From: a virus
DNA: 47,797 nt
UHGV virus genome: UHGV-0177318
Direction: 5' to 3' (one strand)
Position numbers and translations under genes: made by a program. The notes beneath the pieces were generated by a model. The model was not told the DNA's origin. It ran no database searches and worked only from the letters and a program-made list of their open reading frames with translations. Positions 41,954 through 47,797 of the stretch are shown piece after piece (the stretch's first letter is position 1; every line of letters starts with the position of its first letter).

Positions 41954-43006
41954 ATGAAAAATACTGTAAATATAAACAGTGTTGAGCTTGTCAACGCTGA
42001 CTGCCTGCAATACCTCGCAACCCTCCCAGATAACACCATCGACCTTATTGTTACGGATCCGCCTTATTTTAAGGTGAAGCCGAACGGCTGGGATAATCAG
42101 TGGAATGGTGACGCCGACTATCTTCGCTGGCTTGATATGTGTCTTGCCCAGTTCTGGCGAGTGCTTAAGCCTGCCGGCAGCCTGTATTTGTTTTCAGGTC
42201 ACCGACTTGCATCCCATATTGAGATCATGATGCGTGAACGCTTCAACGTCATGAACCACATTATCTGGGCGAAGCCATCAGGGCGCTGGAACGGGTGTAA
42301 TAAAGAAAGCCTGCGCTCTTACTTTCCCGCGACGGAACGCATCCTTTTCGCTGAGCATTATCAGGGGCCATATAAGCCGAAAAGCGACGGATTTGCTGAG
42401 AAAAGCAACGAGGTCAAACAGCACGTCATGGCTCCGTTAATCACCTACTTTCGGGAAGCACGAGCCGAACTGGGGGTCACGTCCAGGCAAATAGCTGACG
42501 CCACCGGAAAGAAAAATATGGCGTCTCACTGGTTCGGTGCCAGTCAGTGGCAACTACCGAACGAGCAGGATTACGAAAAGCTGCAGGAATTGTTCACTCA
42601 GATCGCCATTGAGAAGCACCGCGCCTCTGAACTCAAAGCACCGCATCACCAGCTGGTGGCCACATGGCATTCGTTGAACCGGAAATACCTTGATCTGCTG
42701 GAAGAGTACAAATCTCTTCGGCGGCATTTCTCTGTGACAGTAGCCGTGCCCTATACAGACGTCTGGACACATAAACCCGTCCAGTTCTATCCAGGCAAAC
42801 ACCCGTGCGAAAAGCCCGCTGATATGTTGCGGCAAATCATCAACGCCAGCAGCAGGCCCGGCGATGTGGTAGCTGATTTCTTTATGGGCTCGGGATCAAC
42901 TGTTAAAGCAGCCATTGAACTGGGCCGCCAGGCTATCGGCGTAGAACTGGAAGAGGAACGTTTCAACCAGACGGTAAGTGAGGTAAGGCAGCTGGCAGGG
43001 GAATAA
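41954..43006 (+). CDS. Beta-class N6-adenine/N4-cytosine DNA methyltransferase (DPPY, N6_N4_Mtase family)
   Basis: 350 aa. NADCLQYLATLPDNTIDLIVTDPPYF (motif IV first), then the C-terminal HPCEKP and FFMGSGST (motif I). Confidence 0.88.
   Translation: MKNTVNINSVELVNADCLQYLATLPDNTIDLIVTDPPYFKVKPNGWDNQWNGDADYLRWLDMCLAQFWRVLKPAGSLYLFSGHRLASHIEIMMRERFNVMNHIIWAKPSGRWNGCNKESLRSYFPATERILFAEHYQGPYKPKSDGFAEKSNEVKQHVMAPLITYFREARAELGVTSRQIADATGKKNMASHWFGASQWQLPNEQDYEKLQELFTQIAIEKHRASELKAPHHQLVATWHSLNRKYLDLLEEYKSLRRHFSVTVAVPYTDVWTHKPVQFYPGKHPCEKPADMLRQIINASSRPGDVVADFFMGSGSTVKAAIELGRQAIGVELEEERFNQTVSEVRQLAGE
41962..41981 (+). promoter_or_regulatory. LexA (SOS) box overlapping codons 3-10 of the DPPY methyltransferase
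   Basis: TACTGTAAATATAAACAGTG, one base different from the dinI box at 25858. Confidence 0.75.
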
Positions 43007-43012
43007 AAGCTT

Positions 43013-43035
43013 GGGTCGCTATCGCGGCCCTTTTT
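43013..43035 (+). terminator. Intrinsic terminator after the DPPY methyltransferase
   Basis: GGGTCGC-tatc-GCGGCCC (one G.U pair) followed by T5. Confidence 0.7.
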
Positions 43036-43076
43036 ATTACCTCAACTGGACACCCGCAACGTAGCGAGGTGAGAGC

Positions 43077-43292
43077 ATGTATCGAATGGAAAAAATCACG
43101 ACGGGTATTGCATACGGCGCATCGGGAGGGGGGACCGGATACTGGTTGCTTCAGCTCCTCGATAAAGTCTCCCCATCTCAATGGGCGGCTATTGGTGTGC
43201 TCGGTAGCCTCATGTTTGGTTTGCTGACGTGGTTAACGAGTCTGTACTTCCAAATCAAAGCGGATCGCCGCAAAGCTGCGCGGGGTGAATGA
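43077..43292 (+). CDS. S: Class II holin (phage 21 S21-type pinholin) with dual-start motif
   Basis: 71 aa. [45 protein letters not shown]...[10 protein letters not shown] is nearly colinear with S21. Met1/Met4 form the dual start. Confidence 0.9.
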   Translation: MYRMEKITTGIAYGASGGGTGYWLLQLLDKVSPSQWAAIGVLGSLMFGLLTWLTSLYFQIKADRRKAARGE

Positions 43293-43828
43293 TGTCGAAC
43301 AAAGCAAAGCTCAGCGCAGCAGTGCTGGCGCTAATCGCGTCAGGGGCATCTGCGCCACTCATTTTCGACCAGTTCATCAGCGAGAAAGAAGGAAACGCGC
43401 TGGTGGCCGTTGTTGATCCTGGCGGGGTCTGGTCTCTATGTCACGGCGTGACCGTTATCGATGGCAGGCGTGTTGTTAAAGGCATGACGGCCACTGAGGA
43501 ACAATGCCGGAAGGTTAACGCTATTGAACGCGATAAGGCATTAGCCTGGGTTGATCGCAATATCAAAGTGCCTCTGACAGAGCCACAGAAGGTGGGTATC
43601 GCATCCTTCTGCCCGTATAACATCGGCCCCGGTAAATGCTTCCCATCGACCTTCTATAAGCGTATCAACGCAGGTGACCGCATCGGTGCATGCGAGGCAA
43701 TCCGCTGGTGGATTAAAGATGGTGGCCGTGATTGTCGTCTAACCAAAGGCCAGAAGAATGGCTGCTATGGTCAGGTTGAGCGACGGGACCAGGAAAGCGC
43801 GCTGGCGTGCTGGGGGTTAGACCAATGA
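43289..43828 (+). CDS. R: SAR endolysin (GH24 lysozyme, phage 21 R-type)
   Basis: 179 aa. N-terminal weakly hydrophobic SAR segment ([19 protein letters not shown]), then the catalytic E-x8-D-x5-(T/S)-like region [18 protein letters not shown]. Confidence 0.88.
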   Translation: MMSNKAKLSAAVLALIASGASAPLIFDQFISEKEGNALVAVVDPGGVWSLCHGVTVIDGRRVVKGMTATEEQCRKVNAIERDKALAWVDRNIKVPLTEPQKVGIASFCPYNIGPGKCFPSTFYKRINAGDRIGACEAIRWWIKDGGRDCRLTKGQKNGCYGQVERRDQESALACWGLDQ

Positions 43829-44340
43829 AAATTAATCCGGGTCTTTTAGGCGTTGTTGTTATTGCCGTCCTTTCGGTCGCTCTCGTTAAGAGTTGCTCCA
43901 ACGCCAGTAGTCTTCAGAGCGATATCGACGTTCTGCGAAGTGACAACTCTATGCAGGGGCAGGTGATCGCCACCCAGGCATTCAACTTCAATCGATTCAA
44001 TCAGGTTGCAGAACATGCCAACAGGCTTAACTCCCTGATCGACACTAGCACCGAAGAAACCGTAATCGAATACCGGGAGATACTCCGCCGTGAAAAAACC
44101 TGTGATCTGCCTGTTCCTGCTGACATTGCTGGTGGGCTGCTCGAATACGCGTACCGTTTACGTTCCAGCGCAATGCACGCCGATACCGACGGAACTGACG
44201 CAGCCGATGATAGTACCGCTGCCGCCCGTTCAATAACGTACTGCCAGGCTGTGCTCTGGATTAAGCCGTTGCTGGCCGTAATAGAGAAGGGCAACAATAA
44301 CTTCGCTGGCATTCGTCAAGTAGAACAGGAGCGACAATAG
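43825..44340 (+). CDS. Rz: i-spanin Rz
   Basis: Start [20 protein letters not shown] (N-terminal TM) overlaps the R stop (ATGA). 171 aa and coiled-coil rich. Confidence 0.85.
   Translation: MKINPGLLGVVVIAVLSVALVKSCSNASSLQSDIDVLRSDNSMQGQVIATQAFNFNRFNQVAEHANRLNSLIDTSTEETVIEYREILRREKTCDLPVPADIAGGLLEYAYRLRSSAMHADTDGTDAADDSTAAARSITYCQAVLWIKPLLAVIEKGNNNFAGIRQVEQERQ
44090..44236 (+). CDS. Rz1: o-spanin Rz1, embedded in the +1 frame of Rz (absent from track)
   Basis: GTG start. (M)KKPVICLFLLTLLVG|CSNTRTVYVPAQCTPIPTELTQPMIVPLPPVQ has a lipobox and a Pro-rich mature part. 48 aa, entirely inside Rz. Confidence 0.85.
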   Translation: MKKPVICLFLLTLLVGCSNTRTVYVPAQCTPIPTELTQPMIVPLPPVQ

Positions 44341-44496
44341 GTATGGGCAAATCCTAACGTGAAAATCTGCAGCAGCATTTCCATTATGTTTGGCTGTAAA
44401 TTATCTATCACCATAGGTTTCTTGCGTCATCAGGTAATAGACCGACCTCATAAAAAGAGGTAAATTATTACTTTACGTTGCGCTCAGGTAGACGAG

Positions 44497-45285
44497 ATGG
44501 AAGAACGTCATCACAGCTATATCCTTAAAACTATTGAAGAAATAGGAAGGGGTGGGTTCGGTTACGTTGAAAAAATTGAACTTTTCAATGTTAACGGTCA
44601 CAAATGCGGTGACTACGCCAAAAAGATTTTGGCGCAGGATCATGGGCTTAGCAAAGAGGACTTCAAAAGAAGATTCAAACGGGAAGTGGATTATCAGGCT
44701 AGGTGTACGCACTCGAATATAGCGCCTATATATCTACACAATCTTCAGGTTGATAGTCCTTGGTTTGTTATGGATCTCGCTGAAAGTGATTTAAGTACAG
44801 ATTTAGCCTCAGGCACGCTCGATAATGCAAGCAAAATGCATATTGCAGAAATGATCCTTTCAGGGGTACGTTTCATGCATACAGAGAAAACTAATGATCC
44901 AGGACGTAAGCCAGTATATTTACACCGTGATTTAAAGCCATCTAATATTCTTCGTTTTAAAGATGGAGTTTACAAAATTTCCGATTTTGGTTTAGTAAAA
45001 AATGCAGGAAAAGAAAGACCAGAATCTGAGCTTTTAACAAGAGTCGCTACAGCCATGGGAACGCTCAAATACATGGCTCCTGAGATAACAACAGCTGGGC
45101 ATTACTCAGAGCAAACTGACATTTTTGCTCTCGGAGTAGTTATTGATGATATGGGGTTTGATAACGTTAATGGTATTAGACAGTTAATCGATAAATGCAC
45201 CGCCTGGAGAGCTGCAAGCCGATACAAATCGGTTGATGATATGATGCAGGAACTGGCTGATATAAAAATAAGGAATGGGCTATGA
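44497..45285 (+). CDS. Hanks-type (eukaryotic-like) Ser/Thr protein kinase, bare catalytic domain
   Basis: 262 aa. IGRGGFGYV (G-loop), DYAKKIL (VAIK Lys), YLHRDLKPSNIL (catalytic loop), ISDFGLVK (DFG), GTLKYMAPE (APE). Confidence 0.9.
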   Translation: MEERHHSYILKTIEEIGRGGFGYVEKIELFNVNGHKCGDYAKKILAQDHGLSKEDFKRRFKREVDYQARCTHSNIAPIYLHNLQVDSPWFVMDLAESDLSTDLASGTLDNASKMHIAEMILSGVRFMHTEKTNDPGRKPVYLHRDLKPSNILRFKDGVYKISDFGLVKNAGKERPESELLTRVATAMGTLKYMAPEITTAGHYSEQTDIFALGVVIDDMGFDNVNGIRQLIDKCTAWRAASRYKSVDDMMQELADIKIRNGL

Positions 45286-46031
45286 TTACCCTACTTTCAA
45301 GTGGTCTTTTCTCTTACGCTAAAAGTTCTTCGCGTACTAATCAGGATTCTATTCTTGCTCCACAGTGCATCGATAATGGCTATTTGATTGCTGTCGCTGA
45401 TGGCGTTGGCTCGTACTTGGGCGCAGAACACGCTTCACAAACAGCAATTAAATATTTAGCGAACCTAATCAATGCTTCTTCTATCCAAGATCTTGATAGC
45501 CTCTTCGCCACAATAAAAGAAAAGATTTCTGCGTTATCTGACGCTGATGAATCCTATTTAGAAGCTGCAACGACGTTGACGTTTGCATATGTAAACAATC
45601 AAGGTTTGTACATTGGTCATGTTGGTGATTGTCGTTTGTATATTAAAAAAGATAATAAACTCAAACAACTAACGAAAGATCATACCCAACATCAAAAACT
45701 GTTGGATCAGAAGATTTTCAATAAAAAAGAACTTAAGGATATGGGGGGGAAAAACACCCTAACAACTGCGATTTCTAAAGTTATCCCATTGGAATTTCAA
45801 CAAACGTTTATTCCTGCGTCTGAAGTTTTCGAAGACAACGAAGAGGCCACTCTCTACATTCTTTCAGATGGAGCACACCACTTCTGGGATAAGAGACCAA
45901 GATTCTCAATCACTACTTTGAGCAATCCAAACTGTTTTGCAGCTAGCTTGCATAAACGAATTATTCGTAATGGGCCTATAGATGATTTTTCTTTGGTTGT
46001 AGCCAAGTTCAAGCGCAGCAGTGTTAACTAA
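45282..46031 (+). CDS. PP2C/PPM-family Ser/Thr phosphatase
   Basis: 249 aa. IAVADGVGSYLGAEHASQ, GHVGDCRLY, YILSDGAHHF. ATGA overlap with the kinase stop. Confidence 0.85.
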   Translation: MITLLSSGLFSYAKSSSRTNQDSILAPQCIDNGYLIAVADGVGSYLGAEHASQTAIKYLANLINASSIQDLDSLFATIKEKISALSDADESYLEAATTLTFAYVNNQGLYIGHVGDCRLYIKKDNKLKQLTKDHTQHQKLLDQKIFNKKELKDMGGKNTLTTAISKVIPLEFQQTFIPASEVFEDNEEATLYILSDGAHHFWDKRPRFSITTLSNPNCFAASLHKRIIRNGPIDDFSLVVAKFKRSSVN

Positions 46032-46146
46032 TGGTGTGGTTGAACTTGTAAGACTTACGGCTCAATAAAGGTTCGGGCATACGTAGTTCGTGTTGAACAT
46101 AAGGGCTGAAATTCTGATTACATAGTTGAACAAACTCCATACCAGG

Positions 46147-46175
46147 GCCACCAGCAATCACTGGTGGTTTTTTTT
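46147..46175 (+). terminator. Strong intrinsic terminator after the kinase/phosphatase cassette
   Basis: CCACCAG-caatca-CTGGTGG followed by T8. Confidence 0.85.
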
Positions 46176-46348
46176 GCGTATCGCACGCGCACATCAAGGA
46201 AAGTCTTTCAGTTGTGAGCCCGGGCAAACCGTTAACTTTCGGCGGTTTCGCCTTGCGATAGGCGCAATATGGGTTCAACAAAGAGCGCGTTGATGCTGTC
46301 CCGCAGAGCAGGGGCCGCGGGTCCTTTCCGGCTATCTGACATGTTACG

Positions 46349-46360
46349 GGGCGGCGACCT
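46349..46360 (+). other. cos: cosN cohesive-end sequence (within a lambda-like cosQ-cosN-cosB region, about 46320..46536)
   Basis: GGGCGGCGACCT is identical to the lambda 12-nt cohesive end. The flanks (gggtcctttccgg..gttacg | ..cgctatttatgaaaattttc) match the lambda right and left termini. Confidence 0.9.
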
Positions 46361-46536
46361 CGCAGGTTCTCGCTATTTATGAAAATTTTCAGGATTTTGC
46401 CTTTTCCGTTCTTCTTCTTGCTAAGTATCTGTCTTTACTGGGTATAACCCACCACAAGAAAGGAAGTGTTAAAGCCTGGTAGTAGTCATTTTACCCGGCA
46501 TGGTTTCCTTACCCTGTGTTTCGCCTGGAGTTCGTC

Positions 46537-47082
46537 ATGGAGGTCAATAAAAAACGCCTTTCAGAGATTTTTGGTGTCAGCATCCGCACGATCCAGAACT
46601 GGCAGGATCAGGGAATGCCAGTTGCGCGCGGTGGTGGAAAAGGGAATGAAGTGCTTTATGACTCTGCCGCCGTAATCGAATGGTATTCCGCCCGTGACGC
46701 AGCGATAGAAAACGAAAAGCTGCGCAAAGAGGTTGAACAGCTGAGAGTTGATTCAGAATCAGACCTTGTGCCTGGCACGATTGATTATGAGCGCCATAGG
46801 CTTACCCGAGCCCAGGCTGATGCTCAGGAACTAAAAAATGCAAAAGAGTCCGCTGAGGTGGTGGAGACCGCATTCTGCACGTTCGTGCTGTCGCGGATAG
46901 CCGGAGAAATTGCCAGTATCCTTGATGGAATACCTCTGTCGGTTCAGCGGCGCTTTCCGGAACTGGAAAATCGACATATTGATTTCCTCAAGAAGGACAT
47001 CATAAAAGCCATGAACAAAGCAGCTGCGCTGGATGAAATGATACCGGGGTTGCTGAGTGAATATATCGAACAGTCAGGTTAA
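46537..47082 (+). CDS. Nu1: Terminase small subunit (lambda Nu1-like)
   Basis: 181 aa from MEVNKKRLSEIFGVSIRTIQNWQDQGMPVARGGGKGNEVLYDSAAVIEWY, the same length as lambda Nu1 and near-identical to it. The track start at 46516 adds 7 non-homologous residues. Confidence 0.95.
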   Translation: MEVNKKRLSEIFGVSIRTIQNWQDQGMPVARGGGKGNEVLYDSAAVIEWYSARDAAIENEKLRKEVEQLRVDSESDLVPGTIDYERHRLTRAQADAQELKNAKESAEVVETAFCTFVLSRIAGEIASILDGIPLSVQRRFPELENRHIDFLKKDIIKAMNKAAALDEMIPGLLSEYIEQSG

Positions 47083-47797
47083 GGGGCTACAGCACTCCGC
47101 GCGCTCGGGGCTCCGTTCGTTGTACCGGCCAGAACCGCAAACGGCGGTTGAGTGGGCAGACGAAAATTATTACCTTCCAAAAGAGTCTGCTTATCAGGAA
47201 GGGCGCTGGGAAACGCTGCCGTTTCAGCGTGCGATAATGAATGCGATGGGTAATGACTATATCCGCGAGGTCAATGTCGTTAAGTCTGCCCGAGTAGGCT
47301 ATTCAAAAATGCTGCTCGGCGTGTATGCGTATTTCATCCAGCATAAACAACGTAACTCGCTTATCTGGTTACCTACCGACGGTGATGCAGAAAACTTCAT
47401 GAAATCCCATGTCGAACCGACAATCCGGGACATCCCCTCACTGCTGGCGCTGGCGCCCTGGTACGGTAAAAAGCACCGGGACAACACGTTGAGTATGAAA
47501 CGTTTCTCGAATGGGCGAGGTTTCTGGTGCCTCGGTGGTAAAGCTGCAAAAAACTACCGTGAAAAATCTGTTGATGTGGCGGGTTATGACGAGCTGGCGG
47601 CATTTGACGATGATATCGAGAAAGAGGGCTCTCCAACGTTCCTGGGGGATAAACGTATTGAAGGGTCGGTCTGGCCTAAATCGATACGAGGATCCACACC
47701 CAAAATTAAAGGGACATGCCAGATTGAACGTGCCGCCAAGGAGTCAGAGCATTTCTTGCGCTTCTATGTTCCCTGCCCACATTGTGGGGAGGAGCAG
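47057..47797 (+). CDS. A: Terminase large subunit (lambda gpA-like), N-terminal 247 codons; open at the window end and continues at base 1
   Basis: GTG start inside the Nu1 3' end, as in lambda: (M)NISNSQVKGLQHSARSGLRSLYRPEPQTAVEWADENYYLPKESAYQEGRWETLPFQRAIMNAMG...KSARVGYSKMLLG (Walker A region)...PCPHCGEEQ. It has no stop before the window end, so it is absent from the track. Confidence 0.95.
   Translation, partial: MNISNSQVKGLQHSARSGLRSLYRPEPQTAVEWADENYYLPKESAYQEGRWETLPFQRAIMNAMGNDYIREVNVVKSARVGYSKMLLGVYAYFIQHKQRNSLIWLPTDGDAENFMKSHVEPTIRDIPSLLALAPWYGKKHRDNTLSMKRFSNGRGFWCLGGKAAKNYREKSVDVAGYDELAAFDDDIEKEGSPTFLGDKRIEGSVWPKSIRGSTPKIKGTCQIERAAKESEHFLRFYVPCPHCGEEQ

Noticed and set aside
41414-43076. 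Toxin or virulence cargo (Stx-like) in the Q-to-holin slot.
   Set aside because: The only ORFs there are a 63-aa wHTH-like protein and a DPPY methyltransferase. There are no AB5 toxin-like signal peptides or subunit pairs.
46024-46281. An 85-aa minus-strand ORF between the PP2C gene and cos.
   Set aside because: It runs straight through the strong + strand terminator hairpin and T8 run. It has no SD and odd composition.

Overview
The window is one complete, circularly permuted genome (47,797 bp) of a lambda-like temperate siphophage of Enterobacteriaceae. It is not a prophage with host flanks. The last codon of the window (47795-47797, ...PCPHCGEEQ) joins in frame to base 1 ([11 protein letters not shown]...) inside the terminase large-subunit gene. 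Gene order from cos: cosN (46349..46360, identical to lambda GGGCGGCGACCT), Nu1, A, W, B, C/Nu3, D, E, FI, FII, Z, U, V, G/G-T, H, M, L, K, I, [lipoprotein moron], J, two unknown tail-region ORFs, [reverse-strand lipoprotein moron], and a tail fibre with an S74 chaperone domain. Next comes a 4.6-kb SOS/damage-tolerance island (umuDC, a 49-aa Zn-ribbon ORF, an XRE/ImmA pair, a yedK-like SRAP, dinI). This is followed by attP (46-nt 3' part of tRNA-Pro(GGG) plus arm repeats), int, xis, and an early-left operon (DEDD exonuclease, TraR, HD hydrolase, DUF2303 and others). The immunity and replication region has an ORF-free structured pL leader with two terminators, cI (HTH+S24), OR, cro, a cII-like gene and a replication initiator with internal 15-bp iterons. 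It continues with a Dam-like N6A MTase, a 645-aa C5 MTase, a Rha/KilAC antirepressor, DUF968 and Q. The late region has pR'/tR', a small wHTH ORF, a DPPY MTase with a LexA box over its 5' end, a phage-21-type pinholin, SAR endolysin, Rz/Rz1, then [Ser/Thr kinase + PP2C cassette] and back to cos. Several true starts differ from the longest-ORF track, and several genes are missing from it: Rz1, three ORFs under 60 aa, and the GTG-started stop-less 5' part of A. Best candidates for something new: (1) the minimal Hanks kinase + PP2C moron next to cos; (2) the LexA-wired damage-tolerance cargo, with five CTGT-N8-ACAG boxes found in the window, one over the start of a late-region methyltransferase and one in the attP arm; (3) the XRE/ImmA pair; (4) the roughly 540-nt structured, terminator-containing pL leader in a phage with no recognisable N/nut; (5) a C5 methyltransferase with about seven tandem TRD-like repeats; (6) two lipoprotein morons in the tail module. 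All homology statements come from my reading of the translations and my memory of reference proteins. No database search was run.
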